Of a stretch of DNA of 64,000 nucleotides, positions 25,151-39,226 are shown piece after piece. Origin of the DNA: Octopus bimaculoides (taxonomy: Eukaryota); the NCBI RefSeq assembly GCF_001194135.2, contig NC_068981.1, forward strand, positions 119,094,008-119,158,007. The letters run 5' to 3'. The notes under the pieces are model-generated. The model saw only the letters and a list, made by a program, of their open reading frames with translations. It made no database searches and was not told the origin of the DNA. A program made the position numbers and the translations under genes. The number at the start of each line of letters is the position of its first letter. Position 1 is the stretch's first letter.

Positions 25151-25289
25151 CTATGCAGGCCACGGTCGTCAATCCGTGAGGTATTTTCAAAATACCTGCA
25201 TAACTAAATTAATAAATATGAAGCCAGATTAATAACCAGATTAAGTCTACCATTACCCAAGAACAGGAACGGTGTCTCCGATGGGCTTT

Positions 25290-25425
25290 CACACAAGTAC
25301 CGTTTACCAAGTCTCACTCACAAGCCTTTGGTAGATTCGATGATATAGTAGAAGACATTTGTACGAAGTGCCGCGCGGTTGGATCAAACCCGAAGCCAAT
25401 CTTCTTAATTACGCAGCCACACCTG
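25290..25425 (-). mobile_element. SINE family B fragment
   Basis: ..ctcactcacaagcctttggt..tagtagaagac..gtgccgcgc.. is the reverse complement of the family B head. Confidence 0.7.
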
Positions 25426-28049
25426 TACACGCACTAATGGTAACGCGATACCGGGATGCATTTATTTCTACTGCAGTCGTGGTTTCTACTTACTTTTATC
25501 CCATCTAACTTAGAAGCTCTGCTATAATACCATCTGTTCTTCTCTTCCTCTACATAAGCCACAATTAACGAAAAAAATCGCCTATGATAAGTGTATAAGT
25601 ATTTTTGACTTTACAGCTTATATTTCATCCATTTACAAGATATCCTGATCAACTCACCCACACACTCACCTATGTTTAGTGTGTGTTTTAGTTTTATTTT
25701 TTAATTATATTATAGTACTTATATATTTATTTAAGTTTTTCTTTTCAATAAATTAATGCCCCCAAGATATGGTATAACAGTCTTGGCCCACCTCTCCTTT
25801 CATAGAATCATGTATGTACATCACCGCATGTAAACCACCTCGTTGTAAGTATGAATGGGTGCATGTCGCAAAATGAAAAGTAGTAGTAGTATGTTCTTTC
25901 GTGAATCGCTGTGTGTGTGTGTTTGTGTGTGTAAAATAGCACAAATTGAACGAGGAGAATAAGAGATGGACAGTTGAACTACGTGGAAAGTTATAAAAGG
26001 TAGAAAAATATTCAAAAGGCAGTGGACAAAACGTAAACACATGAAAAATTGTGCACGATGCATCGTACACCAGACCAGGTTAGATGGGGTGGGGTAATGC
26101 GTTGTTGCAGCGCGATGCTGCATTCAGCATTTGTCAGTATATTCCAGTGTTCTCCCGGGAGACCGTCAAGCAGTGTCCCAGTCAGTCCCCATCTCCACGA
26201 ACCATGTGCAATGTTGTCGACCAACAGAAGCCGTCAACACACAGCAGGATCCTCAGTGAAGAGAACACAGTAAGCGTAATTTACTTCGAAAAATCGATCA
26301 ACATGGTCAAACAGACCGAATTGTGCGGGGACCGGCATATCAAAGGATACACCCAACGTCTCTTCTGCGCGTTGTAAATGGCGACTAAAAGAGATTGAGG
26401 TAGGATCTGAACTTTGACCTCGTAAAACCCTCACTAGTATCAACCTTTTTTGCAAAGCCCAAAACTTCTCTCTTCCGGAGAAGTGCTTCAGCTGCCTAGA
26501 AGGCACATTGTATGAAGCGACTGGGGTAAAGCCGTCAGGATACCTATACGTCGAACGGGGGAAAGCTTGGAGGATATAATGGGTTATCTGCTAGGAGTAG
26601 GAAATCTCGCTTCAACTTGAGGCCTATTTGGGAGGGGATCTGGAATGTTCTCTGTCTGAGTGATGATTCGTGTCTTCCCCTGATTGTACGTCGTAAAAAG
26701 GAAAATGAAAGTAAGTAGGCAGAGGTTTCAACTGAACTTTTTTATCAAAGTAGAATAAGAAAGAAATAAGATCATAAGAGTGCAGGAAATAATATGCTAC
26801 CGTTATTTTTTGAGAAATGTCGTTAGTCTGTTTTACCGTTTGAGTTGTACTACAAAAATGTTTAAACACACTTCATCTTTCCTTGAGCCAATACCTATAT
26901 ATTTTACTGAATCGTTATTAAACCCAGTCGCCATCGGTTTGTTAGACGTGTATTTCACCAGAGTGTCGAATTATAATTATTTTTATGGGTCTAGTTGAAT
27001 TTTAAAGTATCACTGTATCAATTATCTAGCATAAGGCGAGAAATGGGTAAACAAGTTGAATACAAGATTTCTTCTATTTTTAATTTTACCTAAAGCTTCA
27101 CATTTACCAGCAGATCGATTAGTTTGAAACGTTTATACGGTTAATTCTGGAAGAAGTCGGTTTAGACGTGGCATATTAGATGAGATTTCTCTCATTCACC
27201 AAGGATTCCGCTCTTCTGCAAACCAAAGTTAGAATCCCATTCCTCAAAGATCCGGAAATATATAAGACGCTTGAATAGGCAACTCTATGTACAGTGACCT
27301 TTATTAGTAAACATCTAGTAACTGCCAACACGTCGTTATACCAGAAACCTAAAATCCCACTCTATAAATCAGTTCTCGTTTATATGTTGACGTTAATGAC
27401 CATCATGGCGATGTCTCAAATCAAAATTTACCTTGTTTGAATGCATGGATATTTCCTCTGTAGATCCTAATTGCGCTTTAAACCAGACCTAAAATCATAA
27501 AGCCTAAATGCTGCAGCCATTAAGTGAATTCAGTAAATTAGAGCCTTATTACTTAAGCAACTAAAACGCACAACTTAAATATTCTCTTATGGTACACATG
27601 TCTAATATAATGTATATTTGTGTCAGTGATTATATTAATAACTTAAACTTAATTGTGTTATAGCTTTGCTTAATAGCATCAGATTAAAGTAGAAGCTGTG
27701 CACGATAAAATGTTTGCTTCCTGTTTTAAAATACTGATTTGATTTAATAGGGTTAGTTAGCATTGCGATGTCTATATTAGTAATAATCTGAATCGTTCGA
27801 CCGATTTTCTTTATGAGACAAATATTAATTAAACTCAATTATTGTATGAGTTTATTGCATCAGAATAGAGAAATAGAATGCCAAGTGGTCAATTAATTTA
27901 CGTCTGACAAAATGTAGTGAATCTGCTCATTTACCGTTGCCATTCAATTTGATTATTGTAATTTGTTTTATTTAAAGTGTATTGGTTTTCAGAAACATTC
28001 TGAATATTCGATCAACCTTAAACTCCCAGTCGTTCGCAAAAGTCGAAAA

Positions 28050-29950
28050 TAGTAATAGAGCATATGCAGAATAGTTGAATTGGAATTGCTAGTTTGCAGG
28101 CATTTGGCACAGGGATCTTGATAAAGCAAGGTACTTAACACACGTTACTTTTGTCCGAGGTTAATTTCAATGTTGCCAAATTAGATTTTGGTTTTATAGC
28201 TAGACATGCTATAGTTAACGTTACTTTAATAAGAAAGGCTACCAAAACTTATTTAGCTTAACCTATAAATTTATCATAACATTATTCTAATAGAATTATT
28301 CTATATCAATGGTTGAAGTAGATGGACCTGACTGGCAAATAATGGGATTGCTAGGGCTGCTTCAGTATTCATGTTAATATAAACAGACATTGTTTCTATA
28401 GTTTGTGAATTTTTGTCAGAGAATTTATAATTACGGTAACATTTATTATGCTATATTATAGCAAATTTTACATATATAATAGCACTGAAAATCTTTGATT
28501 CCATTTTATTCCTTAACTTTAATTTAGGATTACTCATTCTACGAAATATTCTTTCAACTTGTGCACTGACGTGAGAAATTATCGAGGTTGAAATAGCGCA
28601 GTCTGTAAAATCTTTGAATTATAACCCAGAAATAGCTTTATATTGATAAAATTCAGTCTAAAAACGTTCAATATCAGTTTCATTGGTCCAATATAACACA
28701 TGATATTGATATTCAACAGTAGATATAGATTTTTTTCGATGTCCCCCCACCCCCCAGCGCCCAAATATTCCATCAATTTAGAAAGTGGTTGAAAAACATT
28801 TCTAACGGAGAAAAATGACACGTTTCTAGAAATTTTAAAACTTTTTGGCAATCTCTATTTGAACCAGCATTAAAAAATTGTTGAAGTTGTCTTCTTTATA
28901 CAAGCTCCTTTGTTTTTGGTAATTTATTTTGATTCTTGAATTCTTCAATGTTATTTTTAAAATGTAACCGAAATAGGGTTTGGGGTTCAAATATTCTTCA
29001 GTATTACATCATCTTCAGAGTTTGATAGATTTAGTTTACGCTCATATGATTTCGCCAATAATGTTAAATTATTTGGCTTTATCAACAGCCTTTGACAAAA
29101 ACGTTTTATTTATTGTTTGTGCTTCATCGAGAATGGAAACCATGAATAACAAATATACCAATTTATTTTCATCTATTTCATTAAAAATTTCAAGACTATA
29201 GCATTTTCCAGTTTCTCATAATTTGAAAATGGGATTTTTATTCAAGTTAATGTATTATTATTTTTCCCACAGTTAGCTCGACAGATAACCATCTATTTTT
29301 GAAATTCATACAAATTTTCTGAGTTTTCTCCATCATCAATTGTCTCTTATACGCTTTTATAACGTTCATGATGGAAAAGAAAACCATTTGCTTGTTTCTG
29401 ATATAAAAACTCTGAACTACTTTGTAAACAGTCTGCAGAAGCATGAAAGACTATTAGAATTTCAGCTTTAAGCTTCTGGTATATACAATTAATAATTGCA
29501 GCCATAGCACTAGCATTATTTGTACCAATATCTAAAAGTTACTTTACATCTATTATTTTTATTTTTTTCGTCATTAATTTATGTTAAAGCTTTCACAGTT
29601 CTTTCAATGTCACATGTATCGAATTCTACCTGATCAAGATGTACAGAGATAACTCTTGTTTTACTAAAGGATATGATAGCCATCTCAAATATTTTTACGA
29701 CAATAATATATCATCTGACTCATCTAGTAATAGATTAAACATTCCGTTTCGTATGTCACTTATCCTCATGTCATCCTCAAAATGAACACTGATCACTTTT
29801 ATATCACTTTTGAACACTTTGTACATTGCATTCTTAATTTGGAAGTTATTTCACTATCATAACACTAACATTATTTTTACATAAATCAACTAAACGAACA
29901 CAGTTCGTTATTGCGTGATACCAGCTCATCAATATGGCAATGCTTTCTTC
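28050..29950 (-). mobile_element. Heavily decayed hAT transposase remnant
   Basis: Minus-strand segments LLLDESDDI (DESTD motif), GTNNASAM..YQKLKAEI (GTDNASVM), TIDDGE.., RWLSVE.TV, and a downstream dimerisation-like region. Confidence 0.65.
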
Positions 29951-30629
29951 AAGCCGAGGAGTTTCCTTGTATCTAAGCTTAATACATTAAAGTAATGACA
30001 CTACTTTCAGAAAACTGGCACATAAATATTTCAAAATTTTATATGTACAATCATATCGAAGTATTTTTGCATATATACGTCACACTTTTAAAATTAACAC
30101 TGAACAGAACCAGTATCTTTTTCAATTGCAACTAACCATTTTTTAAAAGATCTATCTCTAATCCATTCATTTCGAAATTTTGTTTTTACTGTTTTCGTTT
30201 TAGTATTTTGGGGGAAAACAAATATTAGAAATTTAAACGATTTAAAGAAAAACTACATTTATAGAACAATTCGCAATTAAGCGTATCTTATGTGTCTTCC
30301 GCCCTCTGTTGTGAAATCTATGCAACTTCCTGTTTACGGTTTCAAAAAAAAATGAAATTTAGAAAAGTGTAAGCCTGAAACGAAATTTTTAAAAATCAAA
30401 AGCCTTGGAAAATTGGATTTTCTTTTTTTTTTTTTATCTGTAAATTTTTTTAAGCATAATATATATTTAAAATGATATTAAAAACGATGAAACATATATT
30501 CATACACACACACACCTTAAAATGAATGAAAGCGGCTTATTTAAATGATGTATATAAAGAAAAATGAAACAGAAATCGTTATATTTAAATATACTAAAAG
30601 CGATAAGACGTTCGCTAAACTGTCGACTA

Positions 30630-31712
30630 TTTTGAGGGTTTGCCAAAAAGTTTGTTCGCTTTTTTCCTTTGCATTTGGTGTGCATGAGATCACCCTGAAA
30701 AATGGAGAACCAAAATGAACATTATCGACACCTCATGCTTCCTTTTATTTTAAAAATGACAAGAAAGCAGCGGAAACCTGCAGGAAGATATGTGCTGTGT
30801 ACGGAGAGAACGCTGCTAAGGAACGAATGCACCAGAAGTAGTTTGCAAGATTTCGATCAAGAAATTTGTTTGTTCAATATGCACCTAATCTGGCCGATCA
30901 ACTGAGATTAACACTGACACCAACACCCACTTATACGACAAGGACGATCTCAGATATTCCTCAAATATCCAAAACGAGTATTGAAGACTATCTGCATCAA
31001 CTTTGTTATGTTAGCAGGCTCGATGCTTGAATGAGAATATGGCCCAACGAATGCTCATCTGTGATTCGTAGAAGATGTGTAAAGAAAGCGATCCTTTTTG
31101 AAGAGAATGGTGACCGGGGAGGAAATGGATCATCTATAACAATGTGAAGCACAAGCAATCATGGAGAAAGCGCAGCGAACCACCGCAAACAACCTCCAAA
31201 GGAGGACTTCACACGAAGAAGGTTTTGCTTTCAACTTGGTGGCATTGGAAGGGTGTTGTCTTTTACGAGCTTCTTCCCACGAACAGGTTCATCAATTCGG
31301 ATGTGTACTGTGACCAGCAAGACAAATTATACAAAGCGATCCTCCAGAAGTATTCAGAACTTGCTAATCGTAAGAAACGCGGCAGATGTTACTGAGGCTT
31401 GGTTAGTAAGTTTTACCACCCACTCCATATTCAAACGACCTTGAGCTTTCAGATTTCCACCTGTTTCTACAAAATTCGTTGAAGAGACATGGGATTTCAG
31501 CTCTGAAGAGGAAGTAAAAGCTCACCTGGAAGAGTTTTTTGCCAGTAAAGACAGGAAATTCTTTGAGCAGGGAATACTAGATCCGCCCACGATCTGGCAG
31601 AAGATATTGAAATTAAGCGGCAATTACTGAGTGAATAGATCGCTTTATATTTAAAACCTGTATCTCGTTTTCCCTTTAATAAAGCGAACGAACTTTTTGA
31701 CCAACAGGAAAT
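30630..31712 (+). mobile_element. Near full-length degenerate mariner transposon
   Basis: TIRs ..GCCAAAAAGTTTGTTCGCTTT / AAAGCGAACGAACTTTTTGACCAA; MENQNEHYRH.., VTGEE (VTGDEKW), LHTKKVLLSTWWHWKGVVFYELL, PYSNDLELSDFHLF. The HDNA region is deleted. Confidence 0.92.
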
Positions 31713-32662
31713 ACAGAAAGAGGGTTTCCTGAGCTAGTCTAGGTTTACATTGCAGTGCTCGCCAGGAAGAGCCGCTTGTTTGTCTTTTCCTTTGTATCAA
31801 TATCATTTTTAAAAGTAATAAAAATTGCCATTTAAAACTATCCTTGAAACGATGTGTATTAAAACAACAGCAGGCTTTTTCATTCCATTCATAATTAATG
31901 AAAATTATGTGTATTTAAACGATATGTTTAAAAAAAAAGAAAACAAGGTAAAGAAAATTATAAATTAAAAACGATATTTATTTGAAGTGATAAAAAAAAT
32001 TCTTGAGACTATGAGAAATTCTTATTGCCTTCCTTTGTATCAGCAACTTAAATTACAAATCGTCAAATACAATTTCGAAGAAAAATTCTACAAACCATCG
32101 AGAATTTTTAATTCAATTTTCTGATACAAAGGTGGACAATATGAATTTGTTTGATAATTTTAAATATGTCTCTTACCTGTTTTAATGCATGTAATTTTCA
32201 TTAATTTTGAAAAGAAGTGGTATGAATAGATGCGTTAAATGTGCAGTCTTTTAATATATATATCGTTTCAAGTATAGTTTTCATTTGTTTTAAATAAATG
32301 TTTTGAGAAACGAATAAATATTCAATTGCATTTAATATGCATCGCTTTTCAAAATTATCTAAATATTTATACAGGCAAAAATATACAAACTTCTTGTTTC
32401 TAAGTTTCACTTTGATCTTTAACTTTTCTACGTTTCTATTTCTAAAACTGTAACCGTACAGTTGGTTCGGTTACATCTTATTGAGAAATGGGAGAATAAA
32501 AATAAGTTTCAATTACGCCTACGTGCAAACATTTACGTCGCTTCAACTGTAACTACGATCCAAGTTCGAAATTGCATGTTGTATCTGTGTTGCCTCAGTT
32601 GATTTGGCATGTTATGAACATGTCGCTCATAGATCATATTCATGCTGCATACGTATATACAG

Positions 32663-33075
32663 TAAGGCAGCGAGCCGGGCGAAGTGCTTAGCAGTATTTT
32701 GTCTGCCGTTACGTTCTGAGTTCAAATTCTGCTGAGGTCGACTTTGCCTTTCATCCTTTCGGGGTCGATAAATTAAGTACCAGTTACGCACTGGGATCGA
32801 TGTAATCGACTTAACCCCTTTGTCTGTCCTTCTTCGTCCCCTCTATGTTTAGCCCCTTGTGGGTAATAAAGAAATAAGAAACGTTAGCACGCCGGACGAA
32901 ATGCTTAGCGGTATTTCGTCTGTCTTTACGTTCTGAGTTCAAATTTCACCGAGCTCAACTTTACCTTTTATCTTTTCGGGGTCGATAAATTAAGTACCAG
33001 TTGCGTACGGGGATCGGCTCTAACCGACTGGCCCTCCCCAAAAATTTCGGGCCTCGTGGCTAGGGTAGAAAAGAA
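32663..33075 (+). mobile_element. Dimeric SINE family A (two tandem cores)
   Basis: Two successive copies of gcttagc.gtattt.gtctg..ttacgttctgagttcaaatt..tttcggggtcgataaattaagtaccagtt; CpGs intact. Confidence 0.88.
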
Positions 33076-33276
33076 TACGTATATACAGTATCATACCATT
33101 CACAAGCAACACTGATTACCAATTTTAACAAATATTATTTAAGATCATTCGCCTTACGATGCGCAATTTTGTGTTTTTAAAAAAGGTATTTTAAGTATTA
33201 GAATTTTTTTCAACTGATATTCACAAAAAATCCACAAAAATCATAATGCATGATGGCCTCCTAGAATCTCTATTTT

Positions 33277-33519
33277 TTATCTTTTATCTTTTACTTGTTT
33301 CAGTCATTAGACTGCGACCATGCTGGGACACGCCTAAAAGAATTTTAGTCGAACGAATCAACTCTAGCAATTATTTCTTTTTAAGCCTGGTTCTTTTGTC
33401 GAACTGCTAAGTTACAGGTACTTAAACACACCAACACCAGTTGTCAAGCGGTGGTGGGGCACAAACACAGATACAAAGAACACACACACACACACACATA
33501 CACACATACACACATACAC

Positions 33520-33574
<55 letters not shown>

Positions 33575-33750
33575 CATACATATATACGACGGGTTTCTTT
33601 CAGTTTCCGCCTACCAAATCCACTGACGAGGCTTTGGTCGGCCTAAGGCTATAGTAGAAGACACTTGCCCAAGGTGCCACTCAGTAGGACTGAATACGGA
33701 ACCATGAGATTAGAAATTAAAGCTTCTTACCATACATCCACACCTGTGCC
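33277..33750 (-). mobile_element. Full SINE family B with an internal (CA)n/(GT)n microsatellite
   Basis: Head, internal microsatellite and tail are all colinear with the copies at 55090 and 62938. Confidence 0.88.
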
Positions 33751-33824
33751 TATGAATATTCCAAAATTATCAAATGTAGTTAGCCTTCAAATTTACCAAT
33801 CCCTTAGCCATCGAGTGTGATTAC

Positions 33825-33960
33825 TTCAAGTTCCACCGAGATCGACTTTGCTTTTCACCTCTTCGAGATCGATAAAATAAGCATCAGTTGAGCACTGGGC
33901 GCGATATAATCAACTTACCCCTCCCCTAAAAATTGCTGTCCTTGTACCTGTAGTAGAATG
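33825..33960 (+). mobile_element. SINE family A fragment
   Basis: ccaccgagatcgactttgc..gatcgataaaataag.. Confidence 0.75.
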
Positions 33961-34612
33961 AATTTTTAAAAAACTCCCATTTCCTGACAACTGTTTCGTT
34001 TACCAACAACGCGGAAATATTACTCTTCTACAGATGGGGACCCCAAAACCAATCTGATTTCCTCTATAAATACTACCTGAAGAAATCTCTCTTGTACCTC
34101 TACAATATAATGGGATTCGGGACTCACGATAAATTAATTCCATAACAGGTAACAGTTAATCATATCAGCAGAGTCGAACAATTCCGATCGATATGTCGTA
34201 TTTCGTATCAAACTAGTGCTGCGTTATTTAGAAATATTTATTAATCCTATAGCGGTTTAAAAATTCAATATTTGCTATTAATGTGTAAAATTAGAAAGAA
34301 ACCGTGACGCCCAATCTTGGTCATCGACAAAGCTGATCGATAGAAGAGGAGGAGAAAATACGGATGGGATGTATAAAAAATATTTTGCCAATTTCCGATA
34401 TCATGTTCTATTTTAATGTTTAGTTTTGATTTGTTATTGTTTTTTCTTTGGCAACGAAATGTATAACCTGGCAATCGAATTTCTTGGAGTAGTTTCTGTT
34501 AATACGTTCATATCCTTCAAAATAAAGACATCAGCTTTTTATCTTGACTTTTTGTATAACTCTTAAGGTTCTATACCCTAATAAAGAAATCTTAATTTCT
34601 TAATCAAATTAA

Positions 34613-35286
34613 GGGTTTGCACCTCCCCACATTGTACATCAATGACCTATTATTGTCCATCATCTCAAACAATGACCATTTCTATATTGTCAGTGACACC
34701 ATCATTCACTCCTCACTTACCCTCTACACCATAAGCACCATCTACATGCAACATAGATGATTCACGTCAAACCTTCATTATCTCTATGAACAGTAAACTC
34801 GATCTCGTCTCATTCAATAACAGACACAATCACTGCAAACGTCGAGTAAATGATTTTTGCCCTCCACTTCACTAATTATAGACAACACACAATTAAGATC
34901 CGCCCAACGTGACTAGGGTTTGCTCAGACTGTTCATCTGTCTTGTTGATCCCACGTTCACATAGAAGAAAAACTGCATTCTCTAAACTAGTTATTCTCTT
35001 CAGTATTAATACTTTAGCATCAACAGTTGCTAGTTGTTGAGCTGACTTGGGTACTGAAGCAGTACTTTTTGACTACGCTGTTTTATTGTATTGAAAGACC
35101 TAGCTCTAACAATAAAGTTGATGTAAAATCTGCCATTATGTGTGTGTGCAGTTGTTACTGTTGTGGGGATAAATGTGTGTGCTGGCTTACATTGTTAATG
35201 TAGTGTGTGTGTGTATTAGGTGTGAAACTAGTGTAAATGTATTTTAGGGGAAGTGATGTGAAGGTAAGATGCACGAGTGTTGTAAC
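34613..35286 (+). repeat. Left arm of a long inverted duplication
   Basis: Reverse complement of 36315-37023 apart from scattered substitutions and a few indels. Confidence 0.95.
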
Positions 35287-36314
35287 TTGGACTACTCTGA
35301 TGCTAAACACCCAAAATTCTTCGTGATCTTGAGAAAAGTAACAAAATCATGACCTATATACCAATTACTTTTTAAATGTTGAACTTCGGACCTATATATT
35401 TTAGTGCGAGCTTTCAGTCTAGTTTGTCTTCCACTTGGATCTAATGAACTTCACTTACATTTTGAGATCCAAAGCTATATATAAGTTAGAAGCTCTTTGC
35501 TAAAAAAAATTATACCAAGTCTCGCAAAATAAAGTGAAAATGTACTTTCAATTATTTTGAGTTCCTTACAGATAATGAATCCCAAATCTGTAGCTTGTTT
35601 ATCTTTAAGCCTATAGCCAATACAATTTACACAAATAATACTCCAAACAAAATTCCTCGACATCACAAAATCTTTTTTGACATTTTATGCCTCCCTAAAT
35701 TTCTAAATTTTTTATTCTTCGTAATAATTAGTGAATATTTCCTAAAACCTACTTTGCTAATAAGATATTTAAAGCTTATGACTAAGTTCCCTGCTCTTTT
35801 TTGTGTCTTATTATTGAAGTTTCTTTCCTTATCTTATTGCAGCCTGATTTTTTTTCTTTTTTTTTATAGCTTTTTTTCTTTTTACAAGGCCATGCGTTGT
35901 CTTCTAATATAATTATTGTTTAAACTTTGAAAATTAATTACTGAAACATTAACAGAAAGGAAATATTTCACTGCTGTTTCTCTTTTAGCATAAAATTACA
36001 ATGCAAACTATAGCTTACGTCAGTGAAGACATATTTACACTGACAAAATTTCATAAACATGACAATGTCAAACACGTACACTAAGTTATTATCTTGAAAA
36101 TACAAAACCACTAGCATAATGTGTTAGCTGAAAAGTGGACACCAACAACGTGTGACGACTGTGTTTGAAGTGTTTTGTGACACGCACTTGCACCAAACAT
36201 ATGCCAAATACACACACAATTCAAAAATTTCCTTTCATGTTTTTAAATTTAGCACTTCAATAACACACGAAAGGCAACACTAACACGCCTATTACATACA
36301 CATATACATGACTC

Positions 36315-37023
36315 GTTACAACACTCGTGCATCTTACCTACACACACACTAACATCACTTCTCCTAAAATACATTCACACTAATTTCACACATAACATAC
36401 ATATCTACATTAACAATGTAAGCCAGCACACACATTTATCCCCACAACAATAACAACTGCACACACACACATAATAGCAGATTTTACAGCTAGGTCTTTC
36501 AATACAATAAAACAGTGGATGCATGTTTTCAGTGCTTAAATTCTGGAACAGCGTAGTCAAAAAGTACTGCTTCAGTACCCAAGTCAGCTCAACAACTAGC
36601 AACTGTTGATGCTAAAGTATTAATACTGAAGAGAATAACTAGTTTAGAGAATGCAGTTTTTCTTCTATTTGAACAGTCTCAGCAAACCCTAGTCACGTTG
36701 GGTGGATCTTAATTGTGTTCTAGTTACGTTAGGTGGATCTTAATTGTGTGTTGTCTATAATTAGTGAAGTGGAGGGCAAAAATCATTTACTCGACGTTTG
36801 CAGTGATTGTGTCTGTTATTGAATGAGACGAGATCGAGTTTACTGTTTATAGAGATAATGCAGGTTTGACGTGAATCATCTATGTTGCATGTAGATGGTG
36901 CTTATGGTGTAGAAGGTAAGTGAGGAGTGAATGATGGTGTCACTGATAATATAGAAATGGTCATTGTTTGAGATGATGGACAATAATAGGTCATTGAGGT
37001 ACAGTGTGGGGAGGTCCAAACCC
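36315..37023 (-). repeat. Right arm of a long inverted duplication
   Basis: Reverse complement of 34613-35286. Confidence 0.95.
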
Positions 37024-38270
37024 GATCATTGTTGAGACATACGAAGGGAGGGGGGAAGAGAAAGAGAACTAGTTCTATCAATAGATGCTATGATGGCGTG
37101 ATCTGACGGTCTCCGATCCAAGAGAGAGAGAGAGAGAGCGATGCCAGGCATAATCAAATGACTTGCTCATGTCATGTACAACACTGTTTTCACCAAATTT
37201 TTCAAGAGTGTTAATGCTCACTCGTGAATGACAGGTCAGGTCTTCAGTACATCTGAATTTATGAAAACCATATTATGGTCATTAAAGATAAAGAGGAACC
37301 TAAGATATTGGGGAAGGTAGAAGAAAATAAAAGCAATAGATTTTTTAAATTAGTGGGTTCCAAAGAGTTACTCTTCTTGGGAACGAGACACAATAGCCGT
37401 TTCCAAAGATCCAGATCCCTTCGGGAAAAGAGTGAGCTTGATGAATAAGGCGAAGATAGGTGATAGCTTTTGAGTACATTGTTAGAAGTTAATGGAAGAA
37501 ACATTGCCAGAGCTAGTAGCCTAAGTTGGTTTGAAGTTATTGAAAGTGGTGTGTGTGTGTGTGTGTGTGGTGAGCTTGAAGGAGTGGAGAGAGACTGATT
37601 TGAAGAAGTTTTACCATGTCAAAGCAGTATGGAGTTATATGTAAAGCGGGCAGCAAATGCAGAGGATTTTTTCCACATGAGTATTGTTCATAGGACCATT
37701 ATGGTTGAGGAGAGGAGAATAAGAAAGACACTACAAAGTAATTGCAATCCTTTTAGCAAAAGACAATTAGCAGCAGTTTTAGAAGGTGAGATATTTTGTG
37801 CGCTGAGCAATGCATGGAGACATACTTCAGGTTTTGGATGGTGGTGATGGTAAAAGTTGTCCAGTTTGTGGAGGTTCACGATTTATTCAGTTGCTTGAGG
37901 TCATATTTTCGTTTGTACTGGTGTGACACAGCTATGAGTGAATCGCTTATGGCATTTGGGGTTATATGCTTTGGTGGTAAGGCATGTAGAGAGAGATGCC
38001 TAAGAGAATGGTTTCACTTGTTTAGTGGTCTCTAATATGTCAAAAGTGAAGTAGATGTCTTGAAGCAGATGTCCTGTCAAGAACCTATGAAACTCCAATC
38101 AATCAGCTGATTTGAAGTACAGACAAGCAGTATTGTGTAATGTGTGATTATATGGAAAGTAACATTAATAAAGCTGTGGTTTGGCTATCCAGTTGGTAAT
38201 GAGATAACACTTTGACAAACACTAGGTTTGACAGTAAGAAGTCAAAGGTTGTTGTAGTCCTTGTGTGTTG
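36500..38270 (-). mobile_element. Degenerate CR1/L2-group LINE ORF2 remnant
   Basis: Minus-strand segments resembling KLAPIF.KL, VPKK..PxNxRxIxL, FGE..VV.DMSKSFDYAWH (DISKAFDRVWH) and PTL..INDLL. The 5' boundary is uncertain. Confidence 0.7.
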
Positions 38271-38286
38271 GGCGCACTAGTACTAT

Positions 38287-38440
38287 GTGAAGGTACATGG
38301 CCCACTGGTTAAAGTGTTACACTCACGATTGCGAGATCGTGGTTTCGATTCCCACATTAGCTATGCATTGTGTTCTTGAGCAAAACACTTCACATTACTC
38401 CAGTCCACTCAGCTGTAAATGGGTAATCTTCTGATAGATT
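38287..38440 (+). mobile_element. tRNA-derived SINE family D (copies also at 42481-42740 and 45917-46236)
   Basis: A-box-like TGGCCCACTGGTTA and B-box-like GGTTTCGATTCCC, followed by tgtgttcttgagcaaaacactt. Confidence 0.8.
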
Positions 38441-39226
38441 AGAGTACAAGGGTGAGATGGTGACTCAGGAAAATCACCTAAACGGATGAGCCATGTTTTG
38501 TATTTATCAATCAAAAGGATGAATAATACAACCTGTACTGTGAAGTCCACTATTTGGGATTGGCTGTTTAAGCATGTTGAAGGACGGTAATGGTGACTAG
38601 TACTATCAGTGTCAGAAGAAGGAATGATGTGAAATAAATGTTCTTGATGCAGGAGAGATAATGAAAGAACTGTTGGCATTTGGAGGAATTCAGAGAGCAG
38701 TTGAGGTAGTAGATAGGATTTGGGGTGAGGAATGTGGTGGTGGTAGCTGAGGCAGTCAAGCATGACGGTGATAGTAAGGAATGTGAAAGACAGTGGTGAT
38801 GGTGGTGGAGGGAAGGCAACGAAGTCAAAGGTGTTTGATGGTGGTGGCGTCAAAAGTTTGAATGGTGTGTGTATGGCAGTTGTGGTAGCGATGGTGGTGG
38901 TACTGATGGTTGAAAACAATCAACAGAAAGAAAGAAAGAGGTTAGACAGAAAAAAAATTGTACTGAACCCCAAATGGGAAGACAAAAAGTGTTGTTTATC
39001 ATGAAGCTTTGCAATAAGTTCCAAGTCAACGTATTATATCATTGTTTTGACGAAAATTGTTCATTGCTTGAAAAATATTGGTCAAGTTTAATAAAATTTT
39101 AATATGTACTCAATGCATTAAGTGTTATTATTGGGCTCAAGGCACAATGAAGAGCCCTCCACAGGAGCTAGCTTAAAAACCGCCCAATAGGGTGGCTTTA
39201 TAGTAAACACTCAACCACTGTGAAAA

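Noticed and set aside
38287-38350. tRNA-like A/B boxes (also at 18029, 42481, 45917, 55090, 62938)
   Set aside because: These are SINE heads that continue into SINE bodies; no complete cloverleaf.
38395-39004. 174-aa and overlapping ORFs
   Set aside because: Driven by (GGT/GAT)n low-complexity sequence and a SINE; no domain motif or splice pattern.
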